DNA of 64,000 bases from an uncultured Clostridia bacterium. Its GTDB lineage: Bacteria; Bacillota; Clostridia; Christensenellales; Aristaeellaceae. The position numbers and the translations under genes were made by a program. The stretch lies in NCBI GenBank assembly GCA_946187775.1, contig CAMHSI010000001.1:20988-84987 (forward strand), in the 5' to 3' direction. The notes below the pieces were generated by a model, which saw only the letters and a list, made by a program, of their open reading frames with translations, did no database searches and was not told the DNA's origin. Of the stretch, positions 48,993 through 59,086 are shown one piece after another (the first letter of the stretch is position 1; each line of letters opens with the position of its first letter).

Positions 48993-49830
48993 CGCTTTTC
49001 TTTCCCGGCTGGACACGCTGCAGCTGGCCATGAAGGGCCGGGCTTCCGGCGGAGCCGGCGGCACCCGCCGCTCCCGGCAGACCGGGTCCTCCGCGGAATT
49101 TTCCGATTACCGGGAGTACATCCCCGGGGACGACATCCGGCGGATCGACTGGAACGCCATGGCGAGGTTTGACAAAATTTTCCTGAAGCTTTTCATGGAG
49201 GAACAGGAATCCGCCGTCACCGTGCTGCTGGACGGCAGCGCGTCCATGGGGGAGAAGTGGGACAGCGCCCGGAAGGCCGCGGAAGCGGTGAGCTATCTTG
49301 CCCTTACCGGCGGCGACCGGCTCCGGCTGATTCTCCTGCAGGAGGAAGGCAACAGGGTATCCCCCCGGCTTTCCGGACGGCAGGCGTTTGCCCGGCTGGA
49401 GCAGTTCCTGGATACCTGCGCCCCCCGGGGAGCCGGGAACCTGACGGAAGAGGTGTTCCGGGCGGAGGGCCTGGGAAAGGGCCTGTGCTTCCTGATTTCC
49501 GACTGCTACGGGGAGGGGGGCATTGCCACAGCGCTGGACAACCTGCGCTACCGGGGGCAGGAATGCGCTGTGATCCAGCCCCTTTCCGCCTTCGAGCTGC
49601 GCCCGGAGCTGGACGGAGCCCTGCGGCTGACGGACAGCGAGACCGGGGAAACCGTGGACCTGCTGGCAGACCGGGAGGCCCTGGAAAGCTACCGACGCGC
49701 CCTGGAGGCGTTCCTGCGGGAGGTCCGGGAGACCTGTTTCCGCCGGGAAACCCCCTACGCCCTGCTGGATGCCGGGAAGGATTTTGAGGAACAATGGATT
49801 CCCATGATTTCCGCGGCGGGGATGATTTAG
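48982..49830 (+). CDS. DUF58 vWA-like protein
   Basis: EFSDYREYIPGDDIRRIDWN, LLDGSASM and ISD. Confidence 0.92.
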   Translation: MLSDAFLSRLDTLQLAMKGRASGGAGGTRRSRQTGSSAEFSDYREYIPGDDIRRIDWNAMARFDKIFLKLFMEEQESAVTVLLDGSASMGEKWDSARKAAEAVSYLALTGGDRLRLILLQEEGNRVSPRLSGRQAFARLEQFLDTCAPRGAGNLTEEVFRAEGLGKGLCFLISDCYGEGGIATALDNLRYRGQECAVIQPLSAFELRPELDGALRLTDSETGETVDLLADREALESYRRALEAFLREVRETCFRRETPYALLDAGKDFEEQWIPMISAAGMI

Positions 49831-49845
49831 TATGGAGATGGAAGA

Positions 49846-51411
49846 ATGATTTCGTTTGCTGCTCCGCAGTTTGCCTGGTTCCTGGCGGTGCCCGCCGGCA
49901 TCGTGGTGCTTTACCTGCTGCGAAGGAAATACCTCCCGCGGCCGGTTCCCAGCACCTTTCTCTGGCGGACGGCCATCCGGGATCACGCTGCCAACAAGCC
50001 GCTTCAGAAGCTGCGGAAAAACCTGCTGCTGCCGGTACAGGTACTGGCGGCCCTGGCCCTGGCCCTGGCGCTGATGCAGCCGGTGCTGGCGGGACAGGAG
50101 GCGTCCCGGACGGTGATGATTTTTGACCTTTCCGCCGGCATGCAGTCCATGACCGCCGGGAAAACCCGGCTGGAGGAAGCCCGGGAGGAGGCGGAGGCGA
50201 TCCTCAGCGGCCTTCCTTCCGGGGAGGAAGTTACAATCCTTGCCGCCGGGGAGGAAGTGCGCCAGGTGCTGTCCGGCAGCACGGACCGGGAGGATATACG
50301 GCAGGCGCTCCGGGGGCTGGCCTGCGGCCGGGCCGGTGCGAACCTGAACCGCGCGGTGTCCCTGGCGGAGGCCATCCGCCGGGAGGACCCCGAGCGGGGG
50401 GCCCGGATCATTGTGTTTTCAGACAATTACATTCCGCCGGAAGGAATTTCCGCGGTGAACGTCGGGAAGAGCGCGGCGAACCGGGGAATATACGCCCTGA
50501 CGGCGGAGGACGGGTCCGCGTACGCCCGGATCTGCAATTACGGGGAGGACTGCGTCCTCACGGTGATCTGCGAGGCGGACGGCAGCCTGTGCGAGGCGAA
50601 GGAGACGGAGATTCCCGCCGGGGAAACAGCCGGCGTGCTCTTTGCCATTCCCCGGGACGCCTCCGTTGTGGAGGTGAGGATCCGGGAGAAGGACGCCCTT
50701 GAGGCGGACAATTCCGCCCGGGCGGCAGTGCGCCGCAGCGCGGCCCGGACCGTGGCGCTGACGGGGGACAGCCTGTTCCTTGAAAGCGCCCTGCAGATCC
50801 GGCCGGAGCTGCGGGTGGTACGCATGAAGGAGGACGCTCCGGCGGAAACCGAGGCGGACCTGTATATTTACGGCACCTCTCCCCTGGTTTTCACCACGGA
50901 TCCCGAAAAAACGGAGATTACCTGGTCCGAGGAGAAAACGCCGGAAGGCAGCATCTCGGCGGAGGATACGCCGCTGACCGGCGGCGTTACCCTGCGCGGC
51001 ATGACGCTGCGCTCCTGCCGGGAGCTGACCGGCGGCCGGGCGGCAATCCGCGCCGGGGACAGCGTCATCGCGGCCTATACGGACCGGGAGGCGGTCATCG
51101 GCTTCAGCCTGCAGGATACGAACCTGCCGCTGAAATATGATTTCCCCATCCTGGTCCAGAACATCCTGAACCTGCTGCTGCCGAGGACGGAGGAAGCGGA
51201 AACGGTGACGGAGCTTCCCGTGCCGCGGGAGGAAAGCGACGCGCGCAGCGTCGCGCCGGACCGGGAAGCCGGCGGAAGCGCGGACGCGGGAAGCCGGGGG
51301 CAGGACCTGAGCGGAATGCTGCTGGGGCTGTTCCTCGCATTGCTGGTGATTGAGTTTGTGCTGGCCAGGGAACCCTGGACCCGCTGTCGGAAAAAGGAGG
51401 CCGCGGGATGA
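49846..51411 (+). CDS. BatA N-terminal + vWA domain membrane protein
   Basis: BatA double TM (LYLLRRK...PSTFLW...LALMQP), vWA with degenerate MIDAS IFDLSAGM, C-terminal TM LLVIE. Confidence 0.85.
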   Translation: MISFAAPQFAWFLAVPAGIVVLYLLRRKYLPRPVPSTFLWRTAIRDHAANKPLQKLRKNLLLPVQVLAALALALALMQPVLAGQEASRTVMIFDLSAGMQSMTAGKTRLEEAREEAEAILSGLPSGEEVTILAAGEEVRQVLSGSTDREDIRQALRGLACGRAGANLNRAVSLAEAIRREDPERGARIIVFSDNYIPPEGISAVNVGKSAANRGIYALTAEDGSAYARICNYGEDCVLTVICEADGSLCEAKETEIPAGETAGVLFAIPRDASVVEVRIREKDALEADNSARAAVRRSAARTVALTGDSLFLESALQIRPELRVVRMKEDAPAETEADLYIYGTSPLVFTTDPEKTEITWSEEKTPEGSISAEDTPLTGGVTLRGMTLRSCRELTGGRAAIRAGDSVIAAYTDREAVIGFSLQDTNLPLKYDFPILVQNILNLLLPRTEEAETVTELPVPREESDARSVAPDREAGGSADAGSRGQDLSGMLLGLFLALLVIEFVLAREPWTRCRKKEAAG

Positions 51412-54065
51412 ATATTGAGATTGCGCATCCGCTGCGGCTGCTGGCGATTCCGGTCTGCGCCGGAATCATCTTCCTGGCTGCAAGGATACAGAAAAGCAGA
51501 AGCCGGAAGGAGCGGGTCTCCCATATCCTCCGGTATGTGCTGATTCTCCTGGTTTCCCTGGCCATCGCCGGGACAAGCCTGCTGACGGCCAGCCCGGACA
51601 AGACGGCCTGGCTGGTGCTGGACGTATCCGCCTCTGTGAAGGAGGAGGAAGTGCTTTCCCTGGCCCGTCAGGCCCTGGGGGAATCCGGCGGGGAAAGGAA
51701 AACGGGGATCATCGTGTTCGGCCGGGACGCTGCGGTGGAGCGGTCCATCGGCGGAACCGGGGAGCTTACGGAAATTCACGCGGCTGCCGACCGGAGCGGA
51801 AGCGACCTGGGAGAGGCCCTGACCCTGGCTTCCGCGCTGCTGCCGACGGACTCCAACGGCGGAATCGCCGTGATCAGCGACGGAGCGGTTACGGGGGCGG
51901 AGAAATGGCTGAAGGCAGGAAACCCTGTGGCTGTGAATATCCTGAAGGCAGGGAGGAACTCCGGACCGGACGCCCAGGTAACGGAAATCTCGGTTCCGGA
52001 TACCCTGTATGAAGGACAGAAATATACCACGCTGGTGACGGTGCATTCCAACACCGCCGGAGAGGCCACGCTGCTGCTGAGTGAAAACCGGGGGACGCCC
52101 CGGACCCAGCGGGTTACCCTTCGCAAGGGGGAAAACACCTTTGCCTTCGAATCCACCGCGGGAAGCAGCGGCGTGATCCCCTGCGAGGCCCGGATCCTCC
52201 TGGAGGGGGACACGGCGCCGGCCAACAACCTGAACAGCGCCTTTTCCGTGGTCACCGGCGGGATGAATGTGCTGGTGGCGGAAGGTACCGCCGGGGACGG
52301 CGGGGAGCTGCAGCGCATGCTGGAGAGCGCCGGAATGAAGGTGCGGACCATCCCGGCGTCCATGCTCAGCGACAAGGCGGCGGAGCTGTGGGCCTACCAG
52401 GCGGTTGCCCTGGTGAATGTGGACGCGGACCAGCTCAGCGCGGAGCAGACGAAAGCGCTGGACGAGGCCGTGCGGAATCTCGGCTGCGGACTGGCGGTTT
52501 TCGGCGGGAATTCCAGCTATGCGCTGGGGGGATACCGGGGCAGCGAACTGGAAAAGATGCTTCCGGTGACCATTGACGTCAAAAACAAAATGGACCTTCC
52601 CTCCACCGCGCTGGTGATCGCCATCGACAAATCCGGCTCCATGATGGAAAGCTCCTGGGGGACCTCGCGCCTGCAGCTGGCCCGGGAAGCGGCCTGCGGC
52701 GCGCTGGAGGTGCTGAACGAAAGGGACAGCGCCGGGGTGATCGCCTTTGACGACGCGGGGAAATGGGTGGTTCCGCTCTCGCCCGTAACGGATGTGCCGG
52801 CCATGCAGGACCAGGTGCGGACCATCCGGCTGGGGGGAGGCACCGCCTTCTATTCCCCGCTGAAAATGGCGAAGGAGGCGCTGGAGGGCGCCAGCGCCCA
52901 GTACAAGCATGTGATCTTCCTGACGGACGGCGAGGCCGGGGACACCGGCTATGAAGGGCTGGTCCGGGAAATGGCGGAGGAAGGCATCACCGTAACCACC
53001 GTGGCGGTGGGGGACGGCGCCGACGCGGCCGGCATGCGGAAGCTGGCGCAGATCGGCGGGGGCCGGATGTACTTTGCAGGTCCCTTTGACAGCCTGCCGA
53101 AGATTTTCACCAAGGAAACCATGATGATTTCCGCGTCCTATGTACAGAACCGGGTTTTCACCCCTTCCGTGACGGACGCTTCCATGACGGATTTTGAGGG
53201 CTTTCCGCAGCTGTCGGGATATCTGGCGGCCACGGAGAAACCCCTGGCCACCGTATCCCTGTGCAGCGACCGGCAGGATCCGGTGCTGGCCTGGTGGCAG
53301 TACGGCGCGGGCAGGGTCGCGGCCTGGACAAGCGATGTGCAGGGAGGCTGGAGCAGCGCGTTCCTGCAGTGGAAGGACGCGCCGGCTTTCTTCGGCGGGA
53401 TTCTCTCTTTCGTGCTTCCCCACCGGGAAAACAACGGCAGCGCGGCGCTGGCGGACGGGAAACTGGTCTTTACCGCGGAGGCGGAGGAAGAGCTGCTGAG
53501 CCGGGCGGTGAAGGCGGAGGCGCAGATCATCCGGCCGGACGGCACGCGGGAAACCGCGGAGCTGGAGCAGACCAGCGCAGGCACCTTTGAGGGCGCGGCC
53601 GACACGGAGCAGGCGGGAGCCTACACGGTGCATGTATCCGTACGGGACAGGCTGGGGAATGAGCTGCTGGCGGCGGACTGCGGCGCGTCCGGATCCTGGA
53701 GCCGGGAATATGACCTGCGTTACGGGGATGAAGGCGCGCTGGAAAAGATCAGCGCGGAAACCGGCGGCAGGATCGCCCAGGGCCCCGGGGAGCTCCTCTC
53801 CTTCCGGGATACCAGCGCAAGGAAGCGCCGGGACCTGACGCCCCTGCTGGCGCTGCTGGCCGGGCTGCTGTTCCTCTTCGATGTGGCGCAGCGCAGGCTG
53901 GACTGGCTTCGGGAGCCGGAGGGGAAGGAAGAAACGCCCCCGGAAGAAAAGGAAACGAAGGCGGTAAAGCAGAAGAAAGCGAAGAAAAAGCCGGAGCCGG
54001 CGCCGGAGGAGAAAAAAGCGGCGGATGTGCTCTGGCAGCAGATGCAGAAAAAGAAAAGGCTGTAA
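51408..54065 (+). CDS. vWA + Ig-like + GATase-like + vWA membrane protein
   Basis: LDVSAS/ISDG; GGNSSYALGGY..SELEKMLPV; IDKSGSM/GGT/LTDGE; PVLAWWQYGAGRVAAWTSD; C-terminal TM and Lys-rich tail. Confidence 0.85.
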   Translation: MNIEIAHPLRLLAIPVCAGIIFLAARIQKSRSRKERVSHILRYVLILLVSLAIAGTSLLTASPDKTAWLVLDVSASVKEEEVLSLARQALGESGGERKTGIIVFGRDAAVERSIGGTGELTEIHAAADRSGSDLGEALTLASALLPTDSNGGIAVISDGAVTGAEKWLKAGNPVAVNILKAGRNSGPDAQVTEISVPDTLYEGQKYTTLVTVHSNTAGEATLLLSENRGTPRTQRVTLRKGENTFAFESTAGSSGVIPCEARILLEGDTAPANNLNSAFSVVTGGMNVLVAEGTAGDGGELQRMLESAGMKVRTIPASMLSDKAAELWAYQAVALVNVDADQLSAEQTKALDEAVRNLGCGLAVFGGNSSYALGGYRGSELEKMLPVTIDVKNKMDLPSTALVIAIDKSGSMMESSWGTSRLQLAREAACGALEVLNERDSAGVIAFDDAGKWVVPLSPVTDVPAMQDQVRTIRLGGGTAFYSPLKMAKEALEGASAQYKHVIFLTDGEAGDTGYEGLVREMAEEGITVTTVAVGDGADAAGMRKLAQIGGGRMYFAGPFDSLPKIFTKETMMISASYVQNRVFTPSVTDASMTDFEGFPQLSGYLAATEKPLATVSLCSDRQDPVLAWWQYGAGRVAAWTSDVQGGWSSAFLQWKDAPAFFGGILSFVLPHRENNGSAALADGKLVFTAEAEEELLSRAVKAEAQIIRPDGTRETAELEQTSAGTFEGAADTEQAGAYTVHVSVRDRLGNELLAADCGASGSWSREYDLRYGDEGALEKISAETGGRIAQGPGELLSFRDTSARKRRDLTPLLALLAGLLFLFDVAQRRLDWLREPEGKEETPPEEKETKAVKQKKAKKKPEPAPEEKKAADVLWQQMQKKKRL

Positions 54066-54067
54066 GG

Positions 54068-54106
54068 AAAAAAACAACCGGGATCCCGTCGGGGATCCCG
54101 GTTTTC
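54068..54106. terminator. Bidirectional terminator between the MoxR operon and potD
   Basis: aaccgggatccc-gtcg-gggatcccggtt with A and T tails. Confidence 0.85.
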
Positions 54107-54118
54107 AGTGACATCGGT

Positions 54119-55204
54119 TTACTGGGCGGCCATGACCTTCGTCCAGCGGTGATTCAGTTCTCCCGCCAGGTCGGGAAGATCCACATAGATCTCATCCGCC
54201 GCATAACCGGCCCGGGGCATATACGCGGAATTGCCTTCATAGGTTCCGCCGGGGCCGTAGAGCTCCTCCAGCACCTGGGCGTTGGGGGAAGCATAGCCGG
54301 TGTAATCGGAGATGAGCAGGCTGGATTCATATTCGGTGACGTGGCGGATAAACAGGTTGGCCAGGCGCGGGTTGCCGGCGTTCGCAGGGATGACCATCGC
54401 GTCCACGGCAATGTTGGTGCCCTGCCAGGGAGCGCAGAAGGCCATGTCCTCATTTTCGCTGATGATATAGGCGATATCGCCGCTGTAGCCCAGGGAAATC
54501 CACTTCAGGCCTTCCGCCATACCATCGATCATTTCATCCGTCACATAGGACGGGTCGATGGTCCGGTGCATGTTCAGCAGCCATTCGTTGGCGGCGTCAA
54601 TCTCCTCCAGGTTTTCCGAGTTGGCGGAATACCCCAGGGATTTCAGCGCGATCATGAAGGCGTCCCGGGCGGAATCGTACATATAGGCATGTCCCTTGAT
54701 GGAGGGATCCAGGAAGATCTCCCAGCCTTTTTCCTCTACCAGTGCCGGATCCAGCTTGGTGGTATCATAGACGATGCCGACGCTCTGCCAGAGATAGGGA
54801 ACGGAATAGGTGTTGTCCGGGTCAAAGGCAAGATTCCGGACCGGCTCCGCCAGGTTGTCCAGGTTGTCGATGATGGACTTGTCCAGGGGCTGGAGGCGCT
54901 TTTCCTTGATGAGGCGCTCGATCATGTAATCGCTGGGCACCAGGATGTCCCAGGGATCGTCGCCGCCCAGGAGTTTGGTATACAGCGTTTCGTTGGAATC
55001 ATAGTTCTTGTAGTTGATCTCGCAGTTGTATTTCTTCTTGAAACTCTCGAGAACCTGTTCATCTTCGTCGATATAGGAGCCCCAGTTGAAAACGTTGAGC
55101 ACGGCTCCGTGGAAGTCTTCGACGACATCCTCTGCGCCTGCGAGGACGGGGAACACCAGGGAAACCAGGACGAGGGCCATCAGGGCGGACAGGATTTTTT
55201 TCAT
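54119..55204 (-). CDS. potD: Spermidine/putrescine-binding protein
   Basis: LNVFNWGSYID, YDSNETLY, PSDYMI, YSVPY and YSGD. Confidence 0.92.
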   Translation of the reverse strand: MKKILSALMALVLVSLVFPVLAGAEDVVEDFHGAVLNVFNWGSYIDEDEQVLESFKKKYNCEINYKNYDSNETLYTKLLGGDDPWDILVPSDYMIERLIKEKRLQPLDKSIIDNLDNLAEPVRNLAFDPDNTYSVPYLWQSVGIVYDTTKLDPALVEEKGWEIFLDPSIKGHAYMYDSARDAFMIALKSLGYSANSENLEEIDAANEWLLNMHRTIDPSYVTDEMIDGMAEGLKWISLGYSGDIAYIISENEDMAFCAPWQGTNIAVDAMVIPANAGNPRLANLFIRHVTEYESSLLISDYTGYASPNAQVLEELYGPGGTYEGNSAYMPRAGYAADEIYVDLPDLAGELNHRWTKVMAAQ

Positions 55205-55209
55205 GCGGT

Positions 55210-56007
55210 TTATTCCTCCTTTTTGTTTTTCTTATCCTTCAGATACGGGACGAGGTTGGCCAGGATGAGAATGAAGGCCACCGCGACCACGATCAGGGCA
55301 GACAGCGCGTTGACGGCGGGGTTGAAGCGTTTCATGGAATACACGTACATGGAGATGTTCTGCACATCCATGCCGGCTGTGAAGTAGGAAATCACGAAAT
55401 CGTCGAAGGACATGCTGAAGGCGATCAGCGCGCCGGAGAAAATGGCCGGGGCGATCTGCGGGAGGATGACCTTCGTCAGCGCCTGGAAGGGATTGGCCCC
55501 CAGGTCCATGGCAGCCTCCGCCACATTGTCGTCCAGCTGGCGGAGCTTGGGCAGGATGGAAAGGATCACATAAGGGATACAGAAGGAAATATGCGCCAGG
55601 GTCAGCGTCACGATGCTGCGGCGGACCTTCAGGGAGAGGAAAAGCAGCATCAGGCCGATGGCGGTTACGATATCCGGATTGAGCACCGGAAGGTTATTGA
55701 CTTCCAGGACGATGGTCCGGAGGATCCTGCGCGCCTTGGACAGGCCGATGGCCGCCACGGTTCCGATGACCGTGGAGACCACCGTGGCGATGACGGCCAC
55801 CTCCACCGTGGTCCAGATGCTCTGCAGCATGCTCCTGTTGGTGAACAGGCTTTCATACCACCGGAGGGAGAAGCCGGAGAAGGAAATCATGGATTTCGAA
55901 TCATTGAAGGAAAAAAGGATCAGGTACAGGATCGGCAGATATATGAAGAGGAGCACCAGGATCAGGTAACCGGAGGTGAAAAAACTCCAGGAACGTTTCT
56001 GCTTCAT
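55210..56007 (-). CDS. potC: Spermidine/putrescine ABC permease
   Basis: GFSLRWY, NPDIVTAI, EAAMDLGA and SFDDFVISYF. Confidence 0.93.
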   Translation of the reverse strand: MKQKRSWSFFTSGYLILVLLFIYLPILYLILFSFNDSKSMISFSGFSLRWYESLFTNRSMLQSIWTTVEVAVIATVVSTVIGTVAAIGLSKARRILRTIVLEVNNLPVLNPDIVTAIGLMLLFLSLKVRRSIVTLTLAHISFCIPYVILSILPKLRQLDDNVAEAAMDLGANPFQALTKVILPQIAPAIFSGALIAFSMSFDDFVISYFTAGMDVQNISMYVYSMKRFNPAVNALSALIVVAVAFILILANLVPYLKDKKNKKEE

Positions 56008-56011
56008 CCGG

Positions 56012-56794
56012 TCATTCCTCCTCTGCCGCCCGGTCGATCTTCCGGGTGAAATACATGGCGGCGATAATAATCAGGGCCATAATCAGGGAAATGGCGCTGC
56101 CGAAGTTCCAGTCGCCGGCCACCAGGAAGTAGTTTTCGATCAGGGTTCCGATCAGCACATAGTTGCCGCCGCCCAGGAGCTTGGGGATCACGAAGCTGGA
56201 AACCGCAGGCAGGAACACCAGCGTCACGCCGGAGATGATTCCCGGAATGCTCAGGGGAAGCGTTACCTTCAGGAAGGATTTCCATTTGTCCGCTCCCAGG
56301 TCATAGCTGGCGGTGAGAAGCTCCCGGTCCAGCTTGGCGATGGCGGTGTGGATCTGGATGATCATATAGGGCAGGAAATCGTACACCATGCCGATGAAGA
56401 CCTTGATCTCGCTGGACATATCGTCAAAGTTCAGGAGAATGCCGCGCCAGGCGTAGGTTTTCAGGAGCATGTTGATCCACATGGGGAGGGTGATCAGCAG
56501 GATCATCAGCGTCTGCCTGCGTTCCGGCAGGTTCGCGATGAAAAGCGCCGCCGGGTAGCCGATGAGGATACACACCACGGTGGTAATGAAGGCGATCCGC
56601 AGGCTGGTCCACAGCACGCGCATGAAATCCGGGTCGGAAAAGAAGCGGCCGAAGTTTTCCAGGGTAAAATGGATGGTCAGCGTGCTGTTTCCGCCGCGGG
56701 TGAAGGCGTAGAGCAGGATCATGATCATGGGCGCCACGACGAATATCCCGATCCACAGGATGTAGGGATAGCTCATTCGAACAAAAGATTTCAT
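56012..56794 (-). CDS. potB: Spermidine/putrescine ABC permease
   Basis: [29 protein letters not shown] and LLGGG. Confidence 0.93.
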   Translation of the reverse strand: MKSFVRMSYPYILWIGIFVVAPMIMILLYAFTRGGNSTLTIHFTLENFGRFFSDPDFMRVLWTSLRIAFITTVVCILIGYPAALFIANLPERRQTLMILLITLPMWINMLLKTYAWRGILLNFDDMSSEIKVFIGMVYDFLPYMIIQIHTAIAKLDRELLTASYDLGADKWKSFLKVTLPLSIPGIISGVTLVFLPAVSSFVIPKLLGGGNYVLIGTLIENYFLVAGDWNFGSAISLIMALIIIAAMYFTRKIDRAAEEE

Positions 56795-58371
56795 GCGTCC
56801 GCCACTTCCTTATGCATAACATGGATATCCTCCGGGCCGATGGAAAGGCCCACCCGGTCTCCCACCTCGTGGTGGGCGGTGGTTTCCACCTTGAAAACCC
56901 GGCCGCGGGTTGAGAAGGTAATCTGATAGGAGCCCTCCGTCACCGTCGCGGGATCAAAATCGAATTTCACATCGGTGATATCCACAGCGGTATCATCCTG
57001 CAGGTTCCAGGCTTCCGCGCTGGCCCAGGTTTTCAGGTCCGTGGAGATGGCCATGGATTCCTGCAGATCCTCCGGTGTGATGAAGAAATCCAGGGCGCTG
57101 ATACCGATATTGTGCCGGGCGTCCTCCACGTATTCGGGATGCACCACGTACACCTTTACGGTGACTTCCGTCCCTTTTTCCGTGCCGAAGGTAATATGGT
57201 AGACTCCTGGGGTGTTTCCGATATTGTGGGTGACCCGCGTCAGGGAAATATCCCGGTTATCCCCGTCCCAGGCCTGGGCGTTGGCGATGGAAATAAAGTC
57301 AGCGTCCGTCATTTCCCGGGTGTTCAGGTCCTCGGAGTCCACATAGAAATCATTGGCCGAGATCTTTTCCCCGGACTGGGGGTTCTCGATGTCATGCTGG
57401 GTGACCACGTGCATTTCCACGGTCTTGCTGGTACCGGTTTTCGTTTCCACCATCAGCTCGTAATGCACGCCCTTGAACAGGACGCTCTTCACCTCTCCCC
57501 GCATGACGCCTTCCTCGGGACGGACGATGGAAATATCCTCCGGGCGGATCAGGACATCCACCGGCTCATTGCTGCGGAAGCCGAAATCCACGCACTCATA
57601 ATCCCGGTCGTCGAAGCGGACTTTATAGTCCTCCTTCATGATTCCGTCCACGATGTTGCTCTCCCCGATGAAGCGGGCAACATACGCGTTCACGGGCTCG
57701 TTGTAGATTTCCAGCGGGGTGCCGATCTGCTTGATCTCCCCGGCGTTCATCACCACGATCTTGTCGCTCATGGTCAGGGCTTCCTCCTGGTCATGGGTAA
57801 CATAGATGAAGGTAATGCCGACCTCCTGCTGGATGCGCTTGAGTTCACGCTGCATTTCCTTGCGCAGCTTCAGGTCCAGCGCTCCCAGGGGCTCGTCCAG
57901 CAGCAGGACGTTGGGCTCGTTCACCAGGGCCCGGGCAATGGCCACCCGCTGCTGCTGGCCGCCGGAAAGCTTGGTGACCCTGCGCTTTTCATAGCCCTCC
58001 AGGTTCACCAGGGAGAGCATCCGGGAGACCTTCTGGCGGATGATGTCGTCGCCGGTCTTTTTGATGCGCAGGCCGAAGGCGATGTTCTCATATACATTCA
58101 GGTGGGGGAAAAGGGCATAGCGCTGGAACACGGTATTGATCTCCCGGCGGTACGGCGGCACCTTGTCAATGCACTGGCCGTCAAAGATCACGGTTCCCTC
58201 ATCCTGCTCCAGGAATCCGCCGAGGATCCGCAGCAGGGTGGTTTTCCCGCAGCCGGAGGGACCCAGCAGGGTAACGAATTCATTCTCATAGATATTCAGG
58301 TTGACGCCCTTGAGGACCACCTGCCCGTCAAAGGTTTTCACGATGTTTTTGAATTCGATGAGCTTGCGCAT
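56791..58371 (-). CDS. potA: Spermidine/putrescine ABC ATPase with ~180-aa insertion in the C-terminal domain
   Basis: [37 protein letters not shown] and [13 protein letters not shown]; 526 aa. Confidence 0.92.
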   Translation of the reverse strand: MRKLIEFKNIVKTFDGQVVLKGVNLNIYENEFVTLLGPSGCGKTTLLRILGGFLEQDEGTVIFDGQCIDKVPPYRREINTVFQRYALFPHLNVYENIAFGLRIKKTGDDIIRQKVSRMLSLVNLEGYEKRRVTKLSGGQQQRVAIARALVNEPNVLLLDEPLGALDLKLRKEMQRELKRIQQEVGITFIYVTHDQEEALTMSDKIVVMNAGEIKQIGTPLEIYNEPVNAYVARFIGESNIVDGIMKEDYKVRFDDRDYECVDFGFRSNEPVDVLIRPEDISIVRPEEGVMRGEVKSVLFKGVHYELMVETKTGTSKTVEMHVVTQHDIENPQSGEKISANDFYVDSEDLNTREMTDADFISIANAQAWDGDNRDISLTRVTHNIGNTPGVYHITFGTEKGTEVTVKVYVVHPEYVEDARHNIGISALDFFITPEDLQESMAISTDLKTWASAEAWNLQDDTAVDITDVKFDFDPATVTEGSYQITFSTRGRVFKVETTAHHEVGDRVGLSIGPEDIHVMHKEVADA

Positions 58372-58383
58372 GGGAATCCCTCC

Positions 58384-58917
58384 TTAAAAAGATGGCGGTG
58401 TGGTAATCCAGAGAACCCGGGCGGGAGAGGCGCTGCTGTTGCGCAGGCAGTGCTCCTGGTCGCCCCGGATATAAAAGGTTTCGCCCTTGTGAACCCGGTG
58501 CTTCCTGCCGCCGTATTCCAGGATGACGCTCCCGGAGAGGACATAACCGAATTCCTCGCCTTCGTGGGGAAGCATGGTCCGGGTGGACTGATGGGGCTGG
58601 ACCGTAATCAGGATCGGCTCCATGGCGTTTTTCTGCGCGTTGGGGACAACCCAGAGGATACTGCAGTTTTCCCGGGTATCCTCAAAGTAATCCTCCCTGC
58701 CGAAAACCACCTGCTGATCCTGCTCCTCGGAGAAGAAGGCCGCCATATCGCTGCCCAGCGCCTCCACCAGGTCCATCAGGGCAGGCAGGGAGGGCGTCGT
58801 CAGGTTGTTTTCCAGCTGGCTTACAAAGCCCTTTGTCAGTTCGCACCGGCTGGCCAGTTCCTGCTGCGTCAGCCCGTTCCGGACCCGCAGCTGGCGGATG
58901 CGTTTTCCAATATCCAT
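58384..58917 (-). CDS. XRE HTH + cupin transcriptional regulator (PuuR/PotR-like)
   Basis: LTQQELASRCELTKGFVSQLEN, HEGEEFGYVLSG and TPPSF; first gene of the pot operon. Confidence 0.9.
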   Translation of the reverse strand: MDIGKRIRQLRVRNGLTQQELASRCELTKGFVSQLENNLTTPSLPALMDLVEALGSDMAAFFSEEQDQQVVFGREDYFEDTRENCSILWVVPNAQKNAMEPILITVQPHQSTRTMLPHEGEEFGYVLSGSVILEYGGRKHRVHKGETFYIRGDQEHCLRNSSASPARVLWITTPPSF

Positions 58918-58938
58918 CTCGGAGCCCTCCTTCCGGCC

Positions 58939-58955
58939 GTTTAGAATTACTAAAC
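58939..58955. promoter_or_regulatory. Candidate operator of the pot operon regulator
   Basis: Inverted repeat GTTTAG-N5-CTAAAC between the promoter (minus strand TTGCAA-N16-TATAAT, about 58985-59012) and the RBS. Confidence 0.55.
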
Positions 58956-59033
58956 AATTAGGGAAGAATAATTAAACCGGAATCATTATACATATTTTCC
59001 GCCCCGTTGCAATAGGAACCGGAAATTTTCCGC

Positions 59034-59059
59034 AAAAAAAACCGGCGGAAAACCGCCGG
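59034..59059 (-). terminator. Terminator of the esterase gene
   Basis: A run plus ccggcgg-aaaa-ccgccgg. Confidence 0.75.
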
Positions 59060-59086
59060 AGGAAAAACGAAACAGGAAGGGGTCCG

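Noticed and set aside
48027-49830. MoxR/vWA as an anti-phage or conflict system
   Set aside because: MoxR-proper type with DUF58/BatA membrane partners, no nuclease or effector domains, and codon style like the surrounding genes.
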